A stretch of DNA of 57,425 bases, the filler included, from Circinaria calcarea (taxonomy: Eukaryota), in the NCBI GenBank assembly GCA_051942165.1. It is 2 parts of 2 records of this genome, joined end to end, with 100 filler letters (N's around TTAATTAATTAA, not from the genome) between each part and the next. Parts side by side here need not be neighbours in the genome. Positions count along the whole stretch, not along the records: positions 28,789 to 57,425 come from JAVECS010000053.1; 1 more part is not named here. One strand, 5' to 3'. Each line of letters starts with the position of its first letter. Position 1 is the stretch's first letter. Positions 36,617 to 48,828 of the stretch are shown here, one piece after another. The position numbers and the translations under genes are program-made. The notes beneath the pieces were generated by a model, which did no database searches, was not told the DNA's origin, and was given only the letters and a program-made list of their open reading frames with translations.

Positions 36617-38341
36617 ATGCCATCTCGCACTACTCGTGGAGTAGCGAAGAGAGAGACAGCAGCCCTTGCTGTGTTAAATGAAGAAGAGGGGGCCCCATCT
36701 CTGCCAACCACGTCACCTACGCCAATGTTACTAAAGGATAAAAAAACTCGTAAGACCTCCAGCGCCAAAGTGAGCTTGAGCATGGAGATCGCGAGCGGAG
36801 CAGATGTCGCAACGCCTGCTCGTTTGTCAACCACTAGCAGCAAAGGTCAGCGTGGATCAGCCCGTACGTCCTCGGGTTCCGGGCTGGGCTCAGGTGGCAC
36901 AGTCAAAGCTGGACAGCTCGAGTCTGCCACTACCACCGGAGCTAATACCAAGCGCAAGCGTGGACCAGAAGCACCTAAGAAGACTAGCCATGGGGAGCTT
37001 TCGAATGATGAGCATGTCTTTAATAGTTCCCAGATCGCAAAGGATGACGAGCCACGGCGTAAGAAAGGCAGAACCATTGGATCCAACTCCAATTCTGCCA
37101 TAGCTCAGGAGATTACCGCAGGTCGAAATACAAAGCCGAGGAAAATCAAGGTGACCACGGAGAATGAGAAAAAGGTCAAGGCCATCAACTTTCGCCAGAC
37201 CCCTTATCCGGATTTTGTACGCCCGACTGCCGAAGAATGCCACGAGGTAGTCGATATCCTCAGCAAGCAACATGGGGAAGTTGGTTGGAAAACCCCGATT
37301 CCAGCACCAAGCCGACACAAATGTGGCTGCGGTGAAGTCCCTGAGGTGATCGATGCCGTTTGCCGGACCATCATCAGCGGCCACCTGGACATGAAAGTGG
37401 CAGATAAAGTCATCGGTATTGCTTATGATGCGTACCCAAATGTACGCGGAACCGTCGATTGGAACGAGGTCCGAAATGGCAGTGTCGAACGATTTTGTAA
37501 GGTCTTCAAAGATGCGGGGTGCGGCCTTGGACCTAGTAAGGTCAAGAACATCAAAGACACATTGGACATGATCTACCAGGAGGGCAAAGCTCGTCGCGAA
37601 GCCATCCTTTCCGGAGAGATAGCCAACTTGAAGCCACCACCCCAACACAACGACGTGTCCCTAACCAATGACGAAGATCTCACCCTCGAATATCTCCGTA
37701 CCTTACCTATTGCGGATCAGTTCAACCACCTTTATCGCTACGCCGGTGTTGGCGTCAAAACGGCTGCCTGCATTCTACTCTTCGCCTTCCAGCAGCCCGC
37801 ACTCGCCGTTGACACCCACGTCCTCCGGCTCTCCAAGTGGCTCGGCTGGATGCCTGCGAAGGAGGTGAAGAAGCAGCGTGGCAGCGGCAGTCTTTCGGAC
37901 GCCGACGCCTGTTTCTTCCATATCGACGCCAAGGTGCCGGACGAGCTCAAATACAGCGTCCACCAGCAGTTTATCCGGCACGGGCAAAACTGCCTGCGAT
38001 GCAAGGCCGATACCAATCCGAGTTCAAAGGGATGGGACGATTGTCTCTGTCCAATCGAGCATCTGGTCACGCGGGTCGGGCCGATGAAGACCGCCAAGCC
38101 CAAAAAGGCCAAAATCGGGAAAGGAAAGGCCGGACAGGAAGGCGAGAGTGGTCATGAAGATGGGTCTGAGGTGCCGAGTCGTCGGCAGAAGAAGAGCAGG
38201 AAGCCGACACGCCGAGCGAGACCCAAAGAAGGTGACGGCGAGGAGAACCACGAAGGAAGCGGAGAAGATGGTCGAGACCAGGTGCTCAGTGAGGAAGGCA
38301 GCCTCGACGGCGAAGCTGCTGCCTCCGAATTCGAGCCGTGA
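36617..38341 (+). CDS. HhH-GPD superfamily base-excision DNA glycosylase
   Basis: TPYPDFVRPT.EEC, GCGEVPEVIDA, HhH motif GVGVKTAACILLF, AVDTHVLRLSKWLGW and HQQFIRHGQNCLRC. The ORF is intronless with basic disordered ends. Confidence 0.9.
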   Translation: MPSRTTRGVAKRETAALAVLNEEEGAPSLPTTSPTPMLLKDKKTRKTSSAKVSLSMEIASGADVATPARLSTTSSKGQRGSARTSSGSGLGSGGTVKAGQLESATTTGANTKRKRGPEAPKKTSHGELSNDEHVFNSSQIAKDDEPRRKKGRTIGSNSNSAIAQEITAGRNTKPRKIKVTTENEKKVKAINFRQTPYPDFVRPTAEECHEVVDILSKQHGEVGWKTPIPAPSRHKCGCGEVPEVIDAVCRTIISGHLDMKVADKVIGIAYDAYPNVRGTVDWNEVRNGSVERFCKVFKDAGCGLGPSKVKNIKDTLDMIYQEGKARREAILSGEIANLKPPPQHNDVSLTNDEDLTLEYLRTLPIADQFNHLYRYAGVGVKTAACILLFAFQQPALAVDTHVLRLSKWLGWMPAKEVKKQRGSGSLSDADACFFHIDAKVPDELKYSVHQQFIRHGQNCLRCKADTNPSSKGWDDCLCPIEHLVTRVGPMKTAKPKKAKIGKGKAGQEGESGHEDGSEVPSRRQKKSRKPTRRARPKEGDGEENHEGSGEDGRDQVLSEEGSLDGEAAASEFEP

Positions 38342-38982
38342 TGCAACGAATCTATCTCACAGTGGGGGCCCCCCTCGGGCGGTTTCGGAGGAAATCAGAC
38401 AGTACATAATCCTTTGCCCTGAGCGTTTTAATTATCCTTGGGTTGGGGGGGCTTTCTTTCTGAGAGACTTTGCAGGCGTGGACTTAGGGCCAACCCTTTT
38501 TTTTTTTTTTTTTGAGAATTTGCCCCCCACGTAGCGGGAGAAATTGATTTTTTTGCACATATATGGCAGGCCAATAGAGCCGGGGCCGACATTCCCCCAC
38601 GGGTAGCCTTGGCCACAACGGATCGCTGCTTCTGTAACCACTGCTTTTGCTGCTAAATTTCCCCGCTGGGAAAAAAAAAAAGAGGACATTGACCCGTGGT
38701 TGCGGCAGAATGATCGTTTCAAAATGCTCATACTGTACTCTTGTATGCCACTATTGACGGGGGGGTTTTGGAAAGGACAAAAGTTGGACGATGACTATGG
38801 TACAAGTCCCGGTGGGAGACCAAAACGCCCCCATTTTTTTGCCTATTGCTTACATCCACCCGCTGCCCCCAAAACGCCGGAGGGTATCTGTCGCCCGCAA
38901 TGCCCGTATAAACTTCCCCTTTTCAAATCCACCACGGGTTCATCAAATATAGCCAAACAGTATATGTACACCTTTTGTCCCC

Positions 38983-41900
38983 TTAAGCACCCCCGTTTCC
39001 TTTGAGTAATTCTATACAGTTATTCAACAAATTCGCCGCCTCGTGCATCAACTCCCACCGGCATTTCCGAAACATATCCCGCAGTAGCATCAGCATCCCC
39101 ATGCAAGCATTGCGGTCCTTCAACGATGCAAGACTCTCGGGCCCTTCAACACCCCCGACGCGTTTCAAAAACTGCCGCATGTCGAGAACCTGCTGCTGTT
39201 TGGTCGCCAGGATCGGTGGATTTCGGATCGCCCCGTCAAGGGCGTAGCCATAGGACCACACAATCAGGGCGGCAAAGTAAAGTACCCAGGGCCGGTTTAG
39301 CAGATAATCGTCTCGGGCATTATATTCCAAGTCACCCATGCCCACGAGTTCGGATCTCCGAGGTGCGCCCACGAGATCCGGCGCCAAAACCTGAGATAGA
39401 AACTTCAGCGCAAAGAAAGTGGCATCGCGGGCACTAGCTCTGGGGGCCCAAACTTCCTTGATGTTGTTCTGAGCCTGGTTGTAATCAGAGGGGGTGATGG
39501 TCCGACCTAGGAGACGATGTGCTTTGGCAAAGATCTGGCATTTCACAATGTCTACATGCATAGCCATGTGCGCGAGGTGGTGCAAAACCGTCCGGGTTTC
39601 GAAAATATTCTCCTCGTCGAGTTTGCCCGGCGGCGAGCGATAGGATGTAGGCGAGTAACCCCTGACCTCTTTGGCAATGCTGGAATCGAAATCGGCATCC
39701 CAATAGTCAAAAGCCTTGGTAAGTGATCCGCGCCAAATAACCCTACCACCGAGACTGGGTGTTACCCCGAGCGAGCTCACTTGCATGTCGCGCGAATGCA
39801 TGTGCCAGCTGACGCTAAGCAGTCCAGCCATGAGAGCGCTGCGCCCAAATGAGTTCGTCTGGACGCTCTTCCCGCTCAACGTAGACTTTAACCCGTCCAA
39901 GAAGCTGATGGGTTTGATACCGGCCGCATGCAGATTGGCTTCAATCCTGCCAACCTCTACACCACTCGTCGCTGACCATAGGGCCTCCGCACACGGCAGG
40001 GGTAAACGCATCTCATGGGCTACCATAGTAGCGGAATGGCCAAACATCGTTGCGTGTGTCGAATCAATAATAAATGCTGCGAAAGCCACTCTCCTCGTCG
40101 CCTCGTTGGTAATCCAGTGGTTCCACCATTGGTCTGGCGTGTCAGCAACAGCATGAGGAGATCCACTAGTGGAGTTGCCAAGCCTCTCCTCCTTCATACT
40201 TGGAGGTGAGTCAAGTGCGGATCGACCTCTCAAGGAGCTTCCTCGTCTCATCAGAGCCAACGTCGTCCCGTGGTGAATGTGAGCCCTCTCATGTAGGGCA
40301 CGAGTAGAGTACATCTTCTCGTATACTTCCAGCAGGAGGAGCGTCTGAAAAACCCACAACTTGGCTGGCGGTCGAAAATCTGCATCCATAAAGATCTCCC
40401 CGCGCAGATGCCAAGCCAGGAAATTTGACAGCTCGGCGCCGGCTTGGGTGACGGTTTGACCGTGCTTTTTGTCCAAGCAAGACGCTCCGATTGCAATGAC
40501 AGCAATGAGCAACAGACTCTGAGCCTTATCCGCAGAAAATGTTGGCTTGTGTAAGATTGGCATCTGCGGATGAAAATGGTACCAATAGGACCCAATATAA
40601 GTTTGCATCCTCCGTAGACTTAGTACATGACTTTCGTCGTTGATGTTGCCGGCGAGCAGCGCCTCCTTTTGTCTACGAATCGGAAGATGGTCTCTTTCAA
40701 TAAATCGATCTCTTATGATGTCGAGTAACTGTTGACGCTTCTCCTCGGATAAGATCGTCTGGGGTAATGCATGGTCGAGAATACTCGTTACAGCCATGGT
40801 ATTCTGCTGAGGAATTGCTGGGACCGGGTGTCCATTAGCAATCGAATTTCCAGAATTATCCAGGTATGCAGGCCCAAGAGATATAGAGCCCCGTCGACCA
40901 GCCCCAGAGCCGTCGCCGGTATAATGAGGATCGCCGAGAAGCCAAGCGGCAAAGTCATCCGCCATAGCAAGGGGAGACCGAGCATATCCTTCCATACCAA
41001 AGATAGTTGAGCTTTCCCTAATAGGCGAGTCCATCCTAGCGCTGTCCGACATGCCAGAATCGTGATGTGGCTCGTGAGTATGCAATTCGCTCAAGGGACC
41101 TGGATAGCCTTGCTGCAGCGTCATTGGAGACGTGTTAGTCACTATAGAGTATAGAGGTGGTGGCAAGGTTGACAGAGGAGGGAACTGTTGGTGTGGTATA
41201 TACGGACCGTGGGCTGGAGTCGCATGAGAGGGGTAGCTGTGCGGTGGAGGGGGTGCATATGAGGTAGGACCGGTGCGGAATTGTGTTGGGCTGGTGGTTG
41301 GTTGGGTAGTGGGGCGGCCTGCAAGAACAGGGTTTTGGAAGCGCGGAGCATTCATAGATCCGAAGCTCGAATGTCTCGGCGTAGCATCGTAGTTCGATAG
41401 AGGGCCACCCCTGGCCGAACTTGGAGAGTCATAGCCGCTGGTGTTGGATGATTCGCGGTAGAATTGTCCCTCGCTGTTGGACCGATTGAGATGTGCCATT
41501 GGCCCATATGCGGAATTAGTCGGAGAATGGAATGATTGAGGGGACTTGAACTGATCACCAAGTGGAGTAGAGCTAGTCGACCGACCTTGACCTGATATTG
41601 CGAGCGTGCCTGGCATGGCGGATCGAACGGGCACGGCAGGGATATCCAGGGGTGGCGGTAAATATATCCCACCGGGCATGACAGGATTGTTGTTGTCCTG
41701 ACCGACTGCATGACCATGTGTAGGCTGGAACCTTGAGTTGGCTTGTTCGTGGTGAGATGTCCCGGCGAACGATTGCGAAGTATCGACGCTATGCATGTAA
41801 CTGTCCTTCCGTTGGAGATGCGAACCTCGTGCTGTATGACGCTCTTTATGGCGAGCGCAGAGGTCTTGACGGACAAACTCTTTATGACAGTCAGGGTAGT

Positions 41901-42310
41901 CGCATCTGTAAATCTGCTTTGGCGTATCTGTTGGCGACGATCAGTACATTGGAGGATCTAGCCGGGGGATGGAACCCACGATTTAACTGATGTCGATAGA
42001 GGTGCTCTGCACGAGAATAGCTCTTGCCGCACCCCTCGTGTGGGCAGTGATATTTCTTATCGAGCCCTTTCCGGCTCCGTTTCCTCTTCCGATGCTGTCC
42101 GTTAGCGGCCTTGGACGCGGATCCCTCGATCTCGTCATCGCTCCCTCCTTCTGCTTTCGCTCCGTCACTGGAATCCCGGTCCTGCTTGCGGCCCCGGACC
42201 GACTCGGCCTCATGCTGCGAGCCATCTGTGACCGAGGAAGGCGGACTCTTCAACGCCTTCTCGGTTTTGACCTTCCGCCCCGACTGCTTCGAGGACGATT
42301 GGGGGCTCAT
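38983..42310 (-). CDS. C2H2 zinc-finger + fungal-specific transcription factor domain protein (Klf1/Zas1-like)
   Basis: Two C2H2 fingers (CPHEGCGKSYSRAEHLYRHQLNH and CDYPDCHKEFVRQDLCARHKERH) separated by an intron at about 41922-41980. YWYHFHPQMPILHKPTF, RRVAFAAFIIDS and LPLPC..ALW mark the Fungal_trans domain. Confidence 0.9.
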
Positions 42311-44634
42311 GGTCGTATGGTCCGAAGCGGCACGAAAGGGAAGGGTGAATAGAGTCGCCGCCTTTTCTTCTGCTCGGTGGAGTCGTTCGGAGTTGCTATG
42401 AATGTAGTCTCCATGACATAGCCGAGAGAAAAGGCCTATATAGTCTTCTCCTCAGGGCCCGAAGGAACAGGAGCTGCAAAGCTCAGGCAGAGGCCTCGAG
42501 CTTTGCGGATATGGAATCCTTGACCGGACAAGAGGACGGTGATGAAGTCAATCAAATATCAAACGAAGCTAAGACATGAGAAGGAGCGGATGGAAAAGGG
42601 TGGAAAGAGATCTTTGACATCTGCCAGAGCCAGAGCTACCAGCAAAGGGTAAGGTTCGGGTCCCCCAGCCTGCAGACGGTGTGATGGAGGCTACCACGCC
42701 TGGCGGATGGCCTAAGGAGAGACTGACGAGTGAGAGGGTGAGAAGGCCAGGAGGTCGCCCGAATTAGATACCACCAACGATGTCGCGCCGAAAATGTTTC
42801 GTGCGGTTAGAGCGAGCCTGCGCATTGACCTGAGGGAACTCGGTGGGGAAGATGGGGAGTTACTGTGGTCCAAAGTCTTTCCGGGGTGGGCGGCGGCACT
42901 AAGACCCTCAAGCTGCTCCTTGGCATTGCGCGCGTATCGCTAACTTGCCACAAAACCACCACCCTAAGGCGGCAGACGGGCCCAGGACCGTCGACGAACA
43001 AAGAGTCGGGATGATACGATACCTGAACCGGCCGCCATTGGCCGGCAAATTCCGGGTCGCCGAGTACTTCCCTCTCGCACGCCCAGACTGACTGAGAGTA
43101 GATATAACTGGAACAGCGAGTGCATGTTACATATGCCCAAAGCGTGCAGGGCAAGACCAATTCGTCAACATCAGCTACCTACCTTCCAGACTCTGGCAAC
43201 CCATGGACATTGTCCGATGGTGGTACTCTACCAGCAAGTCAGCCTGGCCGACTGATATACAGATTTAAAATGTATTTCAAAAAGCCGTTTGCCCTTGTTG
43301 CGAGAGTACCGCACTAACATATATTATGCCTGCGACTCGGGTTGTCGCTTACTTAGGGCTGTAGACTGACCTTATCCATTGGCTACTGCTGGAGTCCTAC
43401 TCTTTGGCTGTAATCTGATCAGCTTGGTTTTCTCCGTAAATGGTTGCACGTCATTTTTCGATATCTCTATCGAAACTAATCTTGCGCTTCCCCTTACGCT
43501 TTGACGTTTCTTGTGGCTGTTCAACGATAATAGACGGTACCACTCATCGCAATAGAAACACAGCATTGGCCTCCACCGATGGAACTAGATGCTTCAAGTC
43601 ATGTATCAGATGTGCTATCTTGCTTTATTGACGTTGGTAGGGTAATTCTACCTGATACAGACGGAAGATATTTACCACGACTGAATTTCCATTTATCATG
43701 ATCTATTACTGTCAATTTGCGTCTGTTAGATTAGTGTAGACAGCATCCCCTACGAACTCTATTCTTCAACATGATCTAATCGACCATCTAATAGACAACA
43801 CGGACTTGAATAAGGTAAGTACCCAGACCTTATATGAATGACTTTAACGGGGAACAGGAGGATAGAAGGTCACCAATATATTTCTTGGGTGGTATGAACA
43901 TGAAAACGTGGCCCAGGTGGGGAATATAAGCTCTTGGTGCCTATAGTACTTCAAGCCCCTACACCCTCCACAATGACTATGCAGGTAAGCTATTGTAGGT
44001 TAGGGGTTCCTGTTCGGAGTAGAAATGGACGATACGTATACTGTCATAATCTTAACAAGCAAGTATCAAAGGAGAATGAAGTCTGGAGGAGATGGACTGG
44101 CAAATATGTAGCAGAACACTAGAGAAGAAAGACTCCCACAAAAGGCGACCGTTCGTTGGAGTATTCCTCTTCATTCAGAAAAGATCAAGGATCGAAGCTG
44201 TAGATTAATTAGCATAGATAATGTATCGTGGTTTTAATCATACCTTTTGATTGACCAAACCAGAGATTATTTTAGTGATTTCGGCATACCAAGCTCGTTG
44301 CTATTCTCGAAAGCTCCGCTTGTACATAGATTTGAGAGGCCACTAGATAGCCCTAGCCATGGTATAGTATAGAAGGATTATATAAGCTCCCTTAAATCCG
44401 CGTACGAGTTATTGTAATTGGAAAGTACTTGGATGAGTTCGGATCCCTCCGGTTGGAAACTTCCGGTTCCATGTAAACTTTTGCGACTGATCGACCTTGG
44501 CATATGCTTAAGTCTCCACAAAATATGCCTTACTGCGTCCGTCTCATTGTGAAACGGGGAACTTAACACCATACTGGGGGTGTCGATGTCGAACTCCGGT
44601 AAAGCTGCAACCGTATCAACTTGAATTAGATCCC

Positions 44635-45988
44635 CTACCTGATTACTGGCCCTCCATCTTTCCCCCAACCTCTACTCCTCATGCTCTCCTCGATACGTCC
44701 CCAGATGCCCTCGACTACCTCCCTATCCCTCCACCTACCCTGCGCCCCTTGCACCTGATTCCATTTCTCAATCTGCGTGCTTGTAACCCCTCTTCCCCAA
44801 CCTTTCACCGTACTGGGTATATCCTCTCCTCTCCATCCTACGTAGATACCTAACGCGTGTTTGAACAGTTCAGGCGCAGCTTGCCATTTATAGCTTTTGA
44901 ACTGCCATGTTTGACCCGTGGTGAAGACAGCCACAACACGAGACCAATAGTCGGGCTTAAACTGCTCAGGGGTGTCGACAAGGATGAATCGGAGCGCACG
45001 TTGAGGGTCGATGGAGGGGAGGAGACGGGAGATGTGGAGGATGTTTGCTGAATTGGAAGAGCCTGCAAGAGTACTGTCCGGTGGGATGTAAGTTCCAGAA
45101 TCAAGGAAGGACTTGATGTTGCTCATGCGGAGAAGAGACGAGGCGGAGGGCGAGAGAAGGATGATGGGGTCAGGTCGGCGGCCAGACTTTTTAGATAGGT
45201 TTACTAGGGCTGGGTTGGGTGTAATGGTTGTTGCAGCAGAGGTTTGATGCCCTGAGCGATGACGGTTGCGGCTTAAGAAGACTTCGGCTGTCTTGCGGAC
45301 GTGGGAGAAATCCTAGACTTGGTTAGGGATCAATGAATTCTGGCATCAGACAGTGGGCTCGTACAGTCGGCTTGATGCCCCTCAGTATAGTGTTTCTGTC
45401 ACTCACTTTCCGTTCCGCGTTGTATATAGCCTGCAATCGGGGATCTAAGGTTTTGCCTAGCCTCGTGCCAGCAGTCCCACTCGGTACTGTTGCAACACCG
45501 CCAGCAGCGCCCGAGGCCACTTGCGCTGATCCGGCTGCTTGGGCTGCAGTACCATCTGACTGTAGAGGCTTGATATACTCGCTCTCATCTGACGCGCCCT
45601 CCAGCCACGTTATCAAATCTAACCTCTCCACAAAAACGAGATTCTGAACCTTCCCTCCTACCGCTCCTGGAGCGGAAAGCTCTTCATTAAGCTGCTGCGC
45701 CGAAGCTATGTAGTCTGGGATGGCCACATCCTTCTTCTGCCAGGCAAAGTATATGCTTCGAAGATCGACGGGCTTGTCCGAGGAAATGAACCGTGTAAGC
45801 GTATCAAGGGGGTATGAATGACGATACGGTTCAGGAAACTGAAGGTGGGTTGCAATGGCCAGGTTCTCTGTCGTGTCTGAAGCTGCACTGGCATTTGCAG
45901 AAGTTGTTGCTATGGGCGGGGTGTTCGATGCTATGGATCGCCGGAGGTTCAGAAGAGGATCTGTTAAGGCCGTCTCGGAGTCTGCCAT
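44635..45988 (-). CDS. CDC73: Paf1 complex subunit Cdc73, 2 exons
   Basis: FVERLDLITWLEGAS, DRNTILRGIKPTDFSHVRK, PIILLSPSASSLL and WSRVVAVFTTGQTWQFKSYKW. Confidence 0.93.
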
Positions 45989-46110
45989 GTTACGATGTCA
46001 GATGTTCTATTGTCTTCGACCGAGCGTAGAGACCGATGATGATGGTGGTTGGTTCGTGGAGATATTTACCTTCCTGTTCTATATTCCTTAAGGTGTTGCT
46101 CTAGCATACC

Positions 46111-46188
46111 GAACCGTGCCAACCCAGTCCCACGAATCGGATGATGGCGCCGGTTTTGTCCGACTGTGGGACTGGGTTGGCACGGTTC
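46111..46188. repeat. Perfect 23-bp inverted repeat (hairpin, MITE-like) upstream of CDC73
   Basis: GAACCGTGCCAACCCAGTCCCAC (46111-46133) and its exact reverse complement GTGGGACTGGGTTGGCACGGTTC (46166-46188). An inner TCGGA/TCCGA pair extends the stem. Confidence 0.9.
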
Positions 46189-46438
46189 AGTCTATTTTCT
46201 TAGGACCAACAATTTCGAGCTCAACTATCCGAGTGTTATTTGCAACAGCCCTTTACTACGACGTTGTGAATCACTTTATTTTTGCCATGTATTAACAGTA
46301 TTACTACAACTGGGGGCTTTATGAGGCTTGTTGACATCACGTCACGATGTATAAGTAGAACTCATAATGAAGATGCAATAGGCCACGTAGGATTTGGAGG
46401 CCAAGGAAAGAGTAAGCAAGCGAGGATAATCTGATGTA

Positions 46439-47899
46439 TCAGCAGGGTTGAGCTCCAGTTCGAGCTCTGCCGTGATAGACGCAAACACCTTTCCCTCCCG
46501 ACGGATGTCCAGGATTTGTAGGGCACGAGGGACTGCTGGGCGAATGCTCGGGTACATTAAGCTCAAAACTCATTGTTGCATCCCTTCGCGACGTCTCCGG
46601 TGATTGAGTAGTGGATAACTTTAGCAAAGCTGGTACTCTCCCTGGCGAGCCCTGTGGACGATGCTGTTGTTGGACAAGAACCGGCCAGAGGGACCAGTTT
46701 CGCCGACCGGCTGTCTGCGAGCTTGGAGATAGTAGGGGCGGTGTTCCTATTCTTCGAGCCTCCGACGGTAGAAACGTAGAAGCATCGGCATCCGATATCT
46801 CCACGCGCAAATACTTTTTGTTGTCAGAACCCGTGTACCAGGCTTCTGACTCGGGTGTGCCAGTGGGTGGTTTGCCCATGAGAATAATGCGTATACTAGA
46901 ACTTGAGCTTGAGTGACCTATGTTTTTCCACAAGAATCCCGAGCGTCGATGAGAGGTATCAGCGATGGATAGGTTGGGGCTGCTCGAGGTACTTGATGGA
47001 GTGAGTTTTCTACTAGTCAAATCTCGAAGCAAACTCGATGCACGATTAAGAACCTGTTCGGTTGTCGAAAGACTGTCGTCCGAAGGTCGAAGAGCTTTTG
47101 CCGAAACTGATCTTTTTAGTCGCCAACCCCTCTTCGTCCGAAAGTAGAAGCCTAGTGTTTTAGTTAACTTGGCCCTAGCTTTTGTAGTAGTCGAATTGCT
47201 CTCCTCTCTGAGTTGTAAGGACACAGCGGATTTCACAGGTTCTTTGTCCACGACCTTAACAGTTGAACGATGACTAGGAATGGTGGTTGTGGGATATTGA
47301 TCTGGTGCTGATACAGCCTGGGATTCCCTCGTATCACCTATGAAGGCCCGTGGCAGATCTACTTCGATATGTTGTGACCGCCGACTTTCGGTCCCAGTCC
47401 AACCACCAGACGACTCTCGAGACCCCCTCTGATCAGCTTTGGCTTTTTGGGCAGGTCGACCGTTTCTCGAAGCCTTTCGTGATCGTCGCATCTCCGAGAG
47501 GCGGAGAAGCTTACGTCTGTAACCGTCAAATCCTGAACTAGCTGAAGATCCAGTCCGCCCCGAAACCGCAGACCCAACTGATTCTCTTGTCTCACGAGGT
47601 CGGGGCTCTTTTTCGGGAAGAACGTAAAGCGGAGCATGTTGGATGGAAGGCGACGAGGTACGCTCAATCGGATAGGATAACGGACTAGACCCAGTCTCAG
47701 AATCGAATCGCTGTAGTTCCCCTCTCCTTCCCTTACGCTGGCCACCGGCTATGCCAGACGACACAGGAGAGGAACCCGGAGAAAGATCGTCCGAGCTTTC
47801 TTTTTTCGAAGTTCGAAGGGCCCATGCCCTGAAGAACGAATGATCTGTATCAGGCGTGGGCGATTGTTTCACAGTACCGGAACCTGGGTGTGATGCCAT
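46439..47899 (-). CDS. Hypothetical Ser/Arg-rich disordered protein with C-terminal Cys/His motif
   Basis: 486-aa intronless ORF containing FLPSEARRIGTPPL and FELNVPEHSPSSPSCPTNPGHPSGGKGVCVYHGR. Confidence 0.75.
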   Translation of the reverse strand: MASHPGSGTVKQSPTPDTDHSFFRAWALRTSKKESSDDLSPGSSPVSSGIAGGQRKGRRGELQRFDSETGSSPLSYPIERTSSPSIQHAPLYVLPEKEPRPRETRESVGSAVSGRTGSSASSGFDGYRRKLLRLSEMRRSRKASRNGRPAQKAKADQRGSRESSGGWTGTESRRSQHIEVDLPRAFIGDTRESQAVSAPDQYPTTTIPSHRSTVKVVDKEPVKSAVSLQLREESNSTTTKARAKLTKTLGFYFRTKRGWRLKRSVSAKALRPSDDSLSTTEQVLNRASSLLRDLTSRKLTPSSTSSSPNLSIADTSHRRSGFLWKNIGHSSSSSSIRIILMGKPPTGTPESEAWYTGSDNKKYLRVEISDADASTFLPSEARRIGTPPLLSPSSQTAGRRNWSLWPVLVQQQHRPQGSPGRVPALLKLSTTQSPETSRRDATMSFELNVPEHSPSSPSCPTNPGHPSGGKGVCVYHGRARTGAQPC

Positions 47900-48828
47900 C
47901 GTGAGACTTTAATCGGAGATAAGGAATATCCTAAGAGCTAGTAGAAAAATAACATGGTAAAGTGAACGGTATAAGAAAGTAGAGTTAATAGGATCCGCGA
48001 GCCTCTGTCTGGTAAGGAGTAGGGGGTGTGTCATGATTCGAAAACAGCAATAAGAAATGAGGAAAGAACCATTGAGTTCGATAAACCCCCGAAGCTGCGC
48101 GAAACATACTTGGCTGGAGCATGGATGATGACAGTAAAAATATTGTCCTCCAGACCCGTAGGCTCACCTACCCTCAGCTTTACTCGGTGTCCGTTTTGGT
48201 GGTAGAAAGCGATTTCAAGCATTTGAAGCATATGCATTGACAACAGAAAGTTGCCAAAGCCGTCAATCATTCGAACAGTCGCTCTCTTAAATACACAGCT
48301 CCTTTAAAATACCGTGAACCGCCATGATCGATACCGCCTTTTCTTATTGAACGAGGCATGATGCTCAGGGCTATTTGTCGGAGAGCTCAATCTCAACGAC
48401 GTTGTCGACACATCGCGTCAAAGCTTCGGAATTAAGGTTCATGAACATGGAAGCCGTATAGTGAGGCCAGCAGGTACTACAAAGGCTTGCATGGTACACA
48501 CTGGCGATTCGACCACTATAGGTCGAGATGGTTGATATTTCTTGTTGAAGCATCGACGGACAGGGGACGAAGGATGGTGCACTACATCGGGCTTAGCGGA
48601 TCTGGTTGTCGATGGAGAGCATCATTGATGGGCCTCGGGAAATAATTTAGACCGGAAGGAAGTTTAGATTCAATATTGAGATCACTCCTCCGACTTCTAT
48701 CATCATGTTGAAGCTCCAGAACAGCCATCACTTTAACTATAGGAACTTTCGGTAGCGTCTTGTATACTCTCTCTCCTCGTTGTATACACCCTTATTGACT
48801 GCCTTCCTTGCGGCTTCTCCGCAAGAGC

